In this document: one piece after another, positions 1 through 10,164 of the stretch
Layout: each line of letters begins with the position of its first letter
Numbering within the stretch: position 1 is the stretch's first letter
Assembly (NCBI GenBank): GCA_049325595.1
Contig: JBMOLF010000010.1
Coordinates: forward strand, 192,001-256,000
DNA length: 64,000 nt
Reading direction: 5' to 3'
DNA from: Candidatus Babelota bacterium
Lineage (GTDB): Bacteria; Babelota; Babeliae; Babelales; Vermiphilaceae
The notes under the pieces: model-generated
What the model saw: the letters and a program-made list of their open reading frames with translations, nothing else
Told to the model about the DNA's origin: nothing
Database searches by the model: none
Made by a program: the position numbers and the translations under genes

Positions 1-5
1 GGTAA

Positions 6-80
6 AGGCGCGTAGCTCAGTGGCAGAGCATTGCTTTGACGTAGCAAGGGTCAGCGGTTCAATCCCGCTCGCGCCTACCA
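6..80 (+). tRNA. tRNA-Val(GAC)
   Basis: Acceptor stem AGGCGCG/CGCGCCT, TAGCTCAG D-arm, anticodon arm TTGCT-TTGACGT-AGCAA, GGTTCAATC T-loop, encoded CCA. Confidence 0.96.
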
Positions 81-123
81 GACTAAGTAATATGTTTAAT
101 AACCAAAGAGGTTTAATTTTCCC

Positions 124-393
124 ATGGCATTAGATGCAAACAAAAAAAGCACAATAATTGAAAGTTTTAAACAGTCTCCAAATGATACTGGTTCTGTTGA
201 AGTACAAATTGCACTTCTTACTGAGAAAATCAAAATGTTAACTAATCATTTTGAGTCCAATCCTAAAGACTTTTCTTCAAAAAGAGGATTGCTGGATGCA
301 GTTTCTCGTAGACGTAAATATTTACGTTATCTTGAAAAACATAATTTAGCTCGTTATAAAACTACTATAGAGCGCTTGGGATTACGAAAATAA
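124..393 (+). CDS. rpsO: 30S ribosomal protein S15
   Basis: DTGSVEVQIALLT, KDFSSKRGLL and LGLRK motifs; upstream of pnp. Confidence 0.98.
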   Translation: MALDANKKSTIIESFKQSPNDTGSVEVQIALLTEKIKMLTNHFESNPKDFSSKRGLLDAVSRRRKYLRYLEKHNLARYKTTIERLGLRK

Positions 394-430
394 AAATCCC
401 TATAACATTTCATAACATAGGTATATAGTA

Positions 431-2524
431 ATGGTCAAAACGTTTCGCCTGCCTGAATTTGGGTACGAAGTAGAAATAGGAAAATTTGCACAACAAGCAG
501 ATGGTGCAGTTTGGTTGCGTCAAGGAGGAACGGTAGTTCTTGCTACAGTGGTTTCTGCTCCAACACAAGATTTTCCGGGTTTTCTGCCTTTAACAATCGA
601 TTATAGAGAGTTGTTTTCTGCAGCAGGAAAAATTCCTGGTGGATATTTTAAAAGAGAAGGCAAGCCTTCAGATAGAGAAATTTTAATTGGACGTTTAATA
701 GACCGAGCTATACGCCCTTTATTTCCGGTTCGTTATTTTAATCAACTTCAAATTCTTACCACTGTTTATTCAGTTGATAAGCAGCATACTCCCCAAAATT
801 TGGGGTTAATTGCTACTTCGTTAGCGCTTTCTATTTCAAAAATTCCTTTCATGGGACCAGTTGGTGTGGTTGAGATTGGTCGTATCAATGGACAATGGAT
901 AGTTAATCCTTTGTATGAGCAAGGCTTACAATCAGATGTTCGTTTAGTCATTGCAGGAACCGAAGAAGGTATTTGCATGGTTGAGGGTTCATCGGTTGAA
1001 ATATCTGAAGATGAGTTTTTAGATGCGCTCTTTTTGGCTCATGAGAAAATCAAATCTCAAATTAGCTGGCAAAAAGAAATACAGCAAGAAGTTGGTGTTG
1101 CAAAGCAAGATGAAAATGATCGTTACAGTTGGGATAACTGGCAAAATCGTGTTGACACATTCTTATCCGATGAAAAAATAAAAGATTTATACGTAGCTGA
1201 TAAAGTAATTCGCAATGAAAAGCTTGATCAAGCTCGTGATGAATTTATTAATCTATATAAGCAAGACATTGAGGCTTCTGATGAAGCAGATATGTTACCG
1301 CGTGTAATTAACTATATTTTTGATCGTATAATGGAAGTTAAAATTACTGAGTTAATTTTTAACTTACATAAACGTATTGATGGACGTGCTTACGATCAAG
1401 TTAGACCAATTTCTATAGAAGTTGGCTTATTACCATGTAATCATGGATCAGCATTATTTACTCGTGGAAGAACCCAAGCTTTAGTAAGTGTAACGCTGGG
1501 TGGTGGCCAAGACGAGCAAAAAATTGAAAATATAATGGACTCAGAAGAGCATTTTGGTGCTTTTATGCTTCATTATAATTTCTTACCATTCTCAGTAGGA
1601 GAAGTAAGACCATATCGCGGACCAGGAAGACGTGAAGTTGGTCATGGTTATCTAGCTGCTTCTGCGTTACGTAGAATGTTACCTGACAAAAAAGATTTCC
1701 CTTATACCATTCGTATAGTAACTGATATTCTTGAATCAGATGGCTCTACCTCTATGGCAACTACCTGCGGTTCTACTATGGCTTTAATGCAGGCTGGTGT
1801 ACCAATCAAAAAGATGGTAAGTGGTATTGCTATGGGGTTATTGAAAAATCTTAAAGGCGAGTTTACCGTTCTTTCAGATATCTCAGGTTTTGAGGATGCT
1901 TTTGGGTTAATGGACTTTAAGGTAACTGGTACTGAAGATGGTATTACTGCAATTCAAATGGATATCAAATATAAAGGCGGATTTAGTAAAGAGATATTCC
2001 AAGCCGCATTAGCTCAAGCTAAAAAGGGAAGACTTCATATTCTTAATGAAATGAAAAAAGTGATGTCTCAACCAAATCCCGCATTATCAGATCTTGTTCC
2101 TAAATTGGTAACTATCAAAATAAATACCGATAAAATTGGGGCGGTAATAGGATCTGGCGGTAAAGTTATACGTGAAATCGTAGAAAAAACTGGTACTACT
2201 ATTGATATTGAGCCAGATGGTTTAGTGAAAATATTTGGTGCAACAGGTGCTAATCTTGATATGGCAATAAATTGGGTGAAAACTCTTGCAGGTCAAATAG
2301 ATCCTGGAACAATTTACCATGGTAAAGTAAAACGTTTAGCGGATTTTGGTATTTTTGTTGAATTAGTGCCGGGGTTAGACGGATTAGTACATATTTCCAA
2401 CATACCAAGAGATAAACAACGTACTTTCCTAAGAGATTTCAAAATCGATGATGCCGTTACGGTTCAAGTAATCGAATACGAAGAAAGTACTGGCCGAGTT
2501 AGATTACGTTTATTAGAACAATAG
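431..2524 (+). CDS. pnp: polyribonucleotide nucleotidyltransferase (PNPase)
   Basis: AAGKIPGGYFKREG, RREVGHG, MDFKVTGT; C-terminal KH and S1 domains. Confidence 0.98.
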   Translation: MVKTFRLPEFGYEVEIGKFAQQADGAVWLRQGGTVVLATVVSAPTQDFPGFLPLTIDYRELFSAAGKIPGGYFKREGKPSDREILIGRLIDRAIRPLFPVRYFNQLQILTTVYSVDKQHTPQNLGLIATSLALSISKIPFMGPVGVVEIGRINGQWIVNPLYEQGLQSDVRLVIAGTEEGICMVEGSSVEISEDEFLDALFLAHEKIKSQISWQKEIQQEVGVAKQDENDRYSWDNWQNRVDTFLSDEKIKDLYVADKVIRNEKLDQARDEFINLYKQDIEASDEADMLPRVINYIFDRIMEVKITELIFNLHKRIDGRAYDQVRPISIEVGLLPCNHGSALFTRGRTQALVSVTLGGGQDEQKIENIMDSEEHFGAFMLHYNFLPFSVGEVRPYRGPGRREVGHGYLAASALRRMLPDKKDFPYTIRIVTDILESDGSTSMATTCGSTMALMQAGVPIKKMVSGIAMGLLKNLKGEFTVLSDISGFEDAFGLMDFKVTGTEDGITAIQMDIKYKGGFSKEIFQAALAQAKKGRLHILNEMKKVMSQPNPALSDLVPKLVTIKINTDKIGAVIGSGGKVIREIVEKTGTTIDIEPDGLVKIFGATGANLDMAINWVKTLAGQIDPGTIYHGKVKRLADFGIFVELVPGLDGLVHISNIPRDKQRTFLRDFKIDDAVTVQVIEYEESTGRVRLRLLEQ

Positions 2525-2526
2525 AG

Positions 2527-3369
2527 ATGTTTTATATGAATGAACAAATAACTCGATCTAATGGGCGAGCATTTGATCAATTAAGAAAAGTTAAAATATC
2601 ATTCAATACATATGGATATGCGCCAGGCTCAGTTTTAATTGAGCTTGGCAATACCAAGGTATTGTGTGCGGTAACTATTTCAACGGGTGTTCCGCCTTTT
2701 TTAAAAGGGAAAAGAACTGGCTGGTTAACAGCTGAATATGCTATGCTTCCTACAGCAACCCATAATCGTTCTATCAGAGATGAATCTACCGGTAAACGTA
2801 ATGGGCGTGCAGTAGAAATATCTCGTTTAATCAGTCGAGCTTTAAGAGCGATAGTTGACCTATCTTTAATTGGTGAGCGAACAATCACGGTTGATTGTGA
2901 TGTTTTGCAAGCTGATGGAGGAACTCGAACTGCTGCTATTACTGGTGCTTACCTTGCTTTGTATGCAGCAGTAAAAAAATGGTTAACAGAAGGTGAACTC
3001 ACTCAAACAATATTAACCGATGAAGTAGCTGCAGTTTCGGTAGGAATTATTAATGGTAAAGCTCATTTAGATATTGATTATAGCGAAGATAGCACGGCGT
3101 GTGCTGATTATAATTTTGTGCTTACTAAATCAGGAAATATCATTGAGATTCAAGGAACCTCTGAACGAGCTGCTATTTCATGGGATAGTTTTGATGCAAT
3201 TAAACAATTAGCGCATAAGGGAACTAGAACCTTTTTTGAGTTATACAAGGAGTATAAAAAAGTAGTAGATGATGATTCTATTGATTATAAACCTATTAAA
3301 GAAGAGCGCTATTCAAATAAATCAAAAACAGCTCCTATGTTTTCTTTAAAAAATCGGTTAGCGCAATAA
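2527..3369 (+). CDS. rph: ribonuclease PH with C-terminal extension
   Basis: GWLTAEYAMLP and DCDVLQADGGTRTAAITG signatures. Confidence 0.96.
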   Translation: MFYMNEQITRSNGRAFDQLRKVKISFNTYGYAPGSVLIELGNTKVLCAVTISTGVPPFLKGKRTGWLTAEYAMLPTATHNRSIRDESTGKRNGRAVEISRLISRALRAIVDLSLIGERTITVDCDVLQADGGTRTAAITGAYLALYAAVKKWLTEGELTQTILTDEVAAVSVGIINGKAHLDIDYSEDSTACADYNFVLTKSGNIIEIQGTSERAAISWDSFDAIKQLAHKGTRTFFELYKEYKKVVDDDSIDYKPIKEERYSNKSKTAPMFSLKNRLAQ

Positions 3370-3376
3370 TAAAAAT

Positions 3377-4342
3377 ATGCTTCAATTGAGCCAATTTCTA
3401 GAACATTTTAAAGATAAACCGCAAATAAATAATAAAGTTATTGGTTTTATTGGCTCCTTTGATGACTTGCCATTGCTAACCTTGTCTCAGCTTGGCAATA
3501 AATTAGCCCAAACATATAATATTGAATTAAAAAAACTAGAAATTATTGAGCAAAATTTTTTTGAGTGGCAGTCTCAAATAAATTCATCATTTCTTGGTCT
3601 ATCAAGGATATATTGGCTTACTGGTACAGAAAATATAAAAAATCTTACTCATGTATTAAATTTATTAGATCAATATGATGGACCGCATTATTTATTTTTT
3701 TATGCTTCGCGTGAGCAAGTAGAAAAAGTTGCTGCAAAAAATATTGTATTTGTTGATCTACCCACCATAATAGATAAAAAAAGTTATTTTATTATTGCCA
3801 ATAGTTTGTATAAATTATCATCAACTGAGTCATATGCTACTGAATTATTTTCGCGTGTGGAAAAAATATCAGTTGAGCAAAGTTGTTCAATTCTTAATTA
3901 CTTAGAATTAACGGGTACATTTTCTTCTGATTTATTAACCAGCGATTGGTTTGAAAAAATAATAACTCCTGAGCGATCACTTTTTTTATTGAGCCAATAT
4001 TTTTTTGCCAAAGATGAAAAAAATTTCTTTAAAGTATGGCAATTAATAAAAGAAGATTATAGTGATATGTTTTGGTTATCATTTTGGTCCGAACAAATGT
4101 GGCGTGCTTACTATGTTACTTTGTTTCATCAAAAAAAATCGCCCATAGCGTTAAAAAAAATGAGTTTCCGATTGCCATTCTCTTTTATACAAAAGCAGTG
4201 CAAAGAGTATTCTATTGCTGAACTAAAAAATGCACATGATTTTTTGTATAATTTAGATTTTTCATTAAAAAATGGCACTACCCAGAGCACAATAGAAATT
4301 TTTTATTTATCTTTCTTTAGCGATAGTTTTCAAATTTCATAA
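3377..4342 (+). CDS. holA: divergent DNA polymerase III delta subunit (HolA-like)
   Basis: Size and C-terminal pattern SLFLLSQYF...YSIAELKNAHDFLYNLDFSLKNG typical of HolA; N-terminal part poorly recognisable. Confidence 0.6.
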   Translation: MLQLSQFLEHFKDKPQINNKVIGFIGSFDDLPLLTLSQLGNKLAQTYNIELKKLEIIEQNFFEWQSQINSSFLGLSRIYWLTGTENIKNLTHVLNLLDQYDGPHYLFFYASREQVEKVAAKNIVFVDLPTIIDKKSYFIIANSLYKLSSTESYATELFSRVEKISVEQSCSILNYLELTGTFSSDLLTSDWFEKIITPERSLFLLSQYFFAKDEKNFFKVWQLIKEDYSDMFWLSFWSEQMWRAYYVTLFHQKKSPIALKKMSFRLPFSFIQKQCKEYSIAELKNAHDFLYNLDFSLKNGTTQSTIEIFYLSFFSDSFQIS

Positions 4343-5005
4343 TTTTTTGATAAATCGTTCTGGTTGAATAATGCCACCCGAAATAATAAGAGCCATGGCT
4401 TCTTGGCGAGATAGATCGGTTGGAAATATTTGATCTTTAGCTACTATAAAAAAATAACCGGTTGTGGGATTAGGGGTAGTTGGCACAAAAACACTCATAT
4501 ATTGGTTGTTATCTTCTGGTGTTAGTGAGCCCGCCAATTCACTTGTCATAAATCCAACACTATAAATGCCTTTGCGAGGAAATTCTATAAGCACCACCTG
4601 TTTAAAAGAAACTTTATCGTGCGGGTTAAATGCATCAACTAATTGTTTGATTCCTGAATATACGGTTCGTACTAAAGGAACTTTGTTGAGTAATGATTCT
4701 ATTGCGTGTAGCAATGAGCGCAGAAGAAAAACACGTAAGATTAAGCCAACTAATATAATAATTGCGACCACAAGAACAAGTTCTGAAAAATGAATATCGT
4801 GCAAAAAAGAAGGTTCAAGGCGATGAATTGGTTTAAGCCAACCTTTTTCATAAATTGGCTGTAACCAATTTTTTAGTATTTTGAGCGTGAAATTAAAAAT
4901 ACCAATGGTGAGTGCTATTGGCAAAAGTGTTAAAAGACCGCTTAAAAATAATGACCATATATTATCAATAAATCTTCTAAAAGTTGATTGTATCATTTTT
5001 TTCAT
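4337..5005 (-). CDS. DUF502 family membrane protein
   Basis: FLSGLLTLLPI, VPLVRTVYSGIKQL, VFVPTTPNPTTG, IISGG motifs. Confidence 0.9.
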   Translation of the reverse strand: MKKMIQSTFRRFIDNIWSLFLSGLLTLLPIALTIGIFNFTLKILKNWLQPIYEKGWLKPIHRLEPSFLHDIHFSELVLVVAIIILVGLILRVFLLRSLLHAIESLLNKVPLVRTVYSGIKQLVDAFNPHDKVSFKQVVLIEFPRKGIYSVGFMTSELAGSLTPEDNNQYMSVFVPTTPNPTTGYFFIVAKDQIFPTDLSRQEAMALIISGGIIQPERFIKKL

Positions 5006-5023
5006 GTAAAAATCCTTATATTT

Positions 5024-6346
5024 TTATATAGTATGTTCGTTTTGCAGTGATTGTGCCAATTGACGAGCAACGTGCTTAGCTTCTGGTAATGAAATATTTT
5101 CAACCATAATACGCAAAATATTTTCAGTACCTGAATAGCGAACAATAATTCTTCCGGATGAAAGATCATTAGTATGTTTTTGAATAATTTTAGTGATTGG
5201 CTCATTAGTAAGATCAATTTTGGTAGTCACAGGAAGATTAATTATGTGTTGAGGATAGCGACTAAATGTTGTTAAATTCCAATTATTGGATTGTTGTATT
5301 GCTTGTAATACACGCAAAGCAGTGAAAATACCATCGCCAGTATTCATATAATCTTTCAATATAAGATGGCCTGATGGCTCTCCTCCTAATAATGAGTTAT
5401 TCTGGTGCATTGTTTCAAGAACATATTTATCTCCTACTTTAGTACGTAGAAAATTAATATTTTTTTCTTTTAAGTAATTTTCAAATCCTTGATTGCTCAT
5501 GACAGTTCCTACAATACACGAGCTATGAACATAAGTTTTATAGTCAAGCAAAAGAGCTAATAAATCGTCACCATCTTTTATCTCGCCATTTTTATTACAA
5601 GCTATAACCCGATCGCCATCTCCATCAAATGCAAAGCCAATATCAGCATTTGTTTCGACTACCTTTTTTTGTAATAGAAAAGGTGCCAAACTTCCGCATT
5701 CTTTATTTATATTTTTACCGTCAGGCATATTATGTATCGTTATTACTTGGGCTCCAAATGCACTAAATATTTCTGGTGCTAGCTGATAAGTGGCTCCATT
5801 TGCACAATCGAGTACGATTTTAAGCCCTTTTAAATAATCTGGCTGAAAAAAATTATAAAGATACTCATGATAAAAACGTGCTCCATAATATATAATCTCT
5901 TCCCCCAGTAAAGAATAATCAGTATCACAAGAATTTATGAGATCAAAATAGGTATTTTGTATCGTTTCTTCATCTGAAGAGTTAATTTTTCCATTTTTAG
6001 TAATTATTTTTATACCATTGTCATGGTAAGGATTATGTGAAGCAGAAATAACGATTCCTAATTCAAAGTCTTGCTCTTTAGTAAGAAGACATACAACAGG
6101 TGTTGGTAGAATTTGTGCATCAAAAATAGTATGGCCATATAAGAGAAGCCCCGATTTTAACCCAGATTTTACCATGGAGCAAGAAATGCGGGTGTCATGT
6201 GCAAGTATTATAGAGACTGATTTGTTATATTTGTTTAAAGCCCATTTACCAATAGCTTTCCCGAGTAGGGGTAATGTTGATAATTCAAAGGGAAATTTTC
6301 CAATGGTGTTACGAATACCATCAGTTCCAAAAAAATTTTGTTTCAT
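5024..6346 (-). CDS. glmM: phosphoglucosamine mutase
   Basis: FGTDGIR, ISASHNP, DGDGDR, GGEPSGH, RYSGTE; position after cdaA-cdaR. Confidence 0.92.
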   Translation of the reverse strand: MKQNFFGTDGIRNTIGKFPFELSTLPLLGKAIGKWALNKYNKSVSIILAHDTRISCSMVKSGLKSGLLLYGHTIFDAQILPTPVVCLLTKEQDFELGIVISASHNPYHDNGIKIITKNGKINSSDEETIQNTYFDLINSCDTDYSLLGEEIIYYGARFYHEYLYNFFQPDYLKGLKIVLDCANGATYQLAPEIFSAFGAQVITIHNMPDGKNINKECGSLAPFLLQKKVVETNADIGFAFDGDGDRVIACNKNGEIKDGDDLLALLLDYKTYVHSSCIVGTVMSNQGFENYLKEKNINFLRTKVGDKYVLETMHQNNSLLGGEPSGHLILKDYMNTGDGIFTALRVLQAIQQSNNWNLTTFSRYPQHIINLPVTTKIDLTNEPITKIIQKHTNDLSSGRIIVRYSGTENILRIMVENISLPEAKHVARQLAQSLQNEHTI

Positions 6347-6350
6347 TAGC

Positions 6351-6755
6351 CTAAACTTTATTTATAGTGTTATTGCATTTAGTGTTTTTTAGCAGTGCAA
6401 CAAGATTAGTAGGTTTATAGTTTACCAGTTTAATTGTTGTGGGTAAAAATAAATTTTTTTCAGTGAGATATAGATTATTTGGTCCTGGCAATAGAAGTGA
6501 CCCATCTATATGGATTGCAAGTTGGTCATAATCTAATGCTTGTAAATCTAAACGTTTGCCTTTGAGAGTTATTGTTACTTTTTCTACGCAATCTATTTCA
6601 TATGAATTTTCAACATCATAAAAACAAAGCGGAACAGATATAGTAGTTTGGATGTTTTGATTTGAAGAAAAAAAACACCAAAAAGAATAAGCAAAAATAA
6701 ATGAAAATATCTTAATGCTCAATTTGTGTGTTGTGAGGCTTTTGATTGTTAGCAT
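6351..6755 (-). CDS. short CdaR/YbbR-like protein
   Basis: N-terminal TM KIFSFIFAYSFW followed by one YbbR-like domain (VPL...VTITLKG...P); lies between cdaA-like gene and glmM. Confidence 0.7.
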   Translation of the reverse strand: MLTIKSLTTHKLSIKIFSFIFAYSFWCFFSSNQNIQTTISVPLCFYDVENSYEIDCVEKVTITLKGKRLDLQALDYDQLAIHIDGSLLLPGPNNLYLTEKNLFLPTTIKLVNYKPTNLVALLKNTKCNNTINKV

Positions 6756-7515
6756 ATGTTTCTATCCCTCTGTCTTTTTGCTGATTAATGGAGGAAAAAT
6801 AAGTCTGTAACAATTCTTGTGTTTGTAAGGCGGTCATTTTTAGATATATTTTTCCTTCGATTACCATATCAAATGTATGTGTTGAAGATGAAGCTCTCAC
6901 TATTAAATTTTTTAATTTGAAAGAAAAAGTTGTAAAATGTTCTATCGAATTTTTATTTTCGCCCAGACTTAGGGTATTTGCTATTGAAGGAATGGTTACA
7001 TTAATTCCGCGTAAATATCCCTCTTGATCTATAAGAATAAACTTGTTTTGATTGTAAAACTCGCTATGAGTAATTAATGTAATAAGATCTGGAGTTATTA
7101 ATGAATGGACAGGAAGAGGATTTTCTATATATGAATGTATATTAAAATTAGTTTCTATTATGCACAATACTTGTTTATTACGATGAGTAGTAATAAGAGA
7201 TTCTTTTATTAAAATATTAAGCCAATTCTTATTGTTAATTTGTTGGGGAATTTTTGCTAACGCAATAAAATTTTTTTGAATTGTTTCCTGGTGTACAATA
7301 AAAAGAAGAGTTATAAAAAGTGGCCATAAAAAAACTAAAAAAAGTATAGTGGTAGGAATGTTTATAAGATAAGCAACTAAAAGTGAGCATGAATAACCCC
7401 AAAACCAAAAAATTAGATTGCTATTATCTTTTGCTAGCCATAATGACAAGCGATAAATAATCATAAAATAAAATGAAATTTCAATGATATCTCTTGCGTT
7501 AACATAAAACCACAT
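6712..7515 (-). CDS. degenerate CdaA/DacA diadenylate cyclase-like membrane protein lacking DGA and RHR motifs
   Basis: Three N-terminal TM segments (DIIEISFYFMIIY...FIVHQETIQK), DAC-length soluble domain, cdaR-glmM synteny. Confidence 0.65.
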   Translation of the reverse strand: MWFYVNARDIIEISFYFMIIYRLSLWLAKDNSNLIFWFWGYSCSLLVAYLINIPTTILFLVFLWPLFITLLFIVHQETIQKNFIALAKIPQQINNKNWLNILIKESLITTHRNKQVLCIIETNFNIHSYIENPLPVHSLITPDLITLITHSEFYNQNKFILIDQEGYLRGINVTIPSIANTLSLGENKNSIEHFTTFSFKLKNLIVRASSSTHTFDMVIEGKIYLKMTALQTQELLQTYFSSINQQKDRGIETYANNQKPHNTQIEH

Positions 7516-7612
7516 AGAAGATCCTTTTTTAGAATCATATAACTATTTTTTCAAAGACAGATTTTGTTGGTTGCATTATTCTAATAATAAATAGCAACTA
7601 CCTAGCAATTAA

Positions 7613-8623
<1,011 letters not shown>

Positions 8624-8759
8624 ACTATTTGCTAAGAAAATTTAATCATAGCAAGCTCCTGACTTAAATTAAATATTGAAATATTCCAAAGAAATATATT
8701 ATTTTAATTGTATAAGAGTAATAGATTTTAATTGGAAAAATTAAAACTTTGGAACTAAT

Positions 8760-9551
8760 ATGAATAAATTTTTTTTTATATATCTATTAAGTATACTATG
8801 TTTTTATACAAGTAGTCATGCTGCTAAGCAATTGGCACAAATTCAAAATAAAACCAATTTAACTGCGTATGCGGCACTGCAATCTATAAAAGATCCAATA
8901 AACAATCTTAATTTCCAAAAAATTGAGCCACAAGAAACAGTTTCTATTGGATATGAAGTAGATGGTCAACCAAAACGACTAGCATTTGCTTTAGGGTTTA
9001 AGCCAACTTCTCAAGAAGATTTTACTACATATACGGTTGGCCCAAAATCCAGTGCTAAGGGAATTTTTTTAATATTAGCGCCAATACCTGATAACATAAA
9101 AACTATACCACTCATCAAAAGTGAACCGTATGAAAATGGAATTTTAGGAGATGGCTACGTATTATATCCAATTCCTCGTATTTATAAGCCAACAAATATA
9201 ACTGCATTGCATATTCGCCAAGAACAAAAAGCTGAAATTATGACCCCACCAAGTGATGTTCCACCGGTTCCAGTTCAAAAAGAAGAAATTAGTAGCGATG
9301 AACAAGAAGAAAAATCTATTGAAGAGCGTATTGCACAACTTCAAAAGATATTAGATGAAATGAAATCGCTACAACCATCAGACAAAGAAGTATGGGATAG
9401 CATGACTAAAGATGAGCTTGCACAAGAATATTATCGATTAAATACGGAGCTTGAAGATGCTGAATATTTAGAAGATGAATTAGCACAAGATGCAAGAATT
9501 AAGCAGTTGTTTATCGATATTTCTTATATTCGTTCATTGCTTGATAGATAA
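8760..9551 (+). CDS. hypothetical secreted protein with acidic coiled-coil C-terminus
   Basis: Signal peptide ending SHA; Pro-rich linker; helical acidic tail. Confidence 0.7.
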   Translation: MNKFFFIYLLSILCFYTSSHAAKQLAQIQNKTNLTAYAALQSIKDPINNLNFQKIEPQETVSIGYEVDGQPKRLAFALGFKPTSQEDFTTYTVGPKSSAKGIFLILAPIPDNIKTIPLIKSEPYENGILGDGYVLYPIPRIYKPTNITALHIRQEQKAEIMTPPSDVPPVPVQKEEISSDEQEEKSIEERIAQLQKILDEMKSLQPSDKEVWDSMTKDELAQEYYRLNTELEDAEYLEDELAQDARIKQLFIDISYIRSLLDR

Positions 9552-9563
9552 AAAGGATGGATT

Positions 9564-10154
9564 ATGCAATTTTTCAATAAAAGTGATAAATCAAATATTT
9601 TAGTATCTTTAGCGACGGTAACATTTTTACTTATACTTGTTGGTATTACGATATTTTATTTTGTAAATTATACTAAGCAAGCTACGGCTGATCAAATTAT
9701 TACCGACATAGAATTACTAGGTAAAACATTTAAAAAAATTGATGAAACTGCGGTGATACGAGATTTCAATAGCCCTAAATCTACCATTAATTATCTAAAT
9801 ATAAAAAAAGGGGGTTTTGTTGGTTCTGAAGTAGGACCAATGAATTTAGTGCATCCAGATAAATGGGAAGGACCCTATTTTAGAGATAATCCCATGATTG
9901 AAAATAAAGAATATCAAGTAGTTAAAACGCGTAATGGTTATTATGTAGTTCCAGGCGATGGCGTGAAATTGCCTAATGGAAAAATTATGGGAACTGATGT
10001 GATCATAGATCAATCAACAGATATCGAAGAGCTTACTAAAAGTGGCAATGATCTGAACTATAAGGACAGACCACTGGCAACATTTATTCCTACTGCAGCA
10101 TCTCGCATAGCCCAACTTGCAGATGATCTAATAATTACTGACCAGGAAATGTAA
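9564..10154 (+). CDS. membrane-anchored hypothetical protein, GspG/pilin-like
   Basis: N-terminal TM, amphipathic helix, WEGPY motif. Confidence 0.5.
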   Translation: MQFFNKSDKSNILVSLATVTFLLILVGITIFYFVNYTKQATADQIITDIELLGKTFKKIDETAVIRDFNSPKSTINYLNIKKGGFVGSEVGPMNLVHPDKWEGPYFRDNPMIENKEYQVVKTRNGYYVVPGDGVKLPNGKIMGTDVIIDQSTDIEELTKSGNDLNYKDRPLATFIPTAASRIAQLADDLIITDQEM

Positions 10155-10164
10155 GATCATATTA

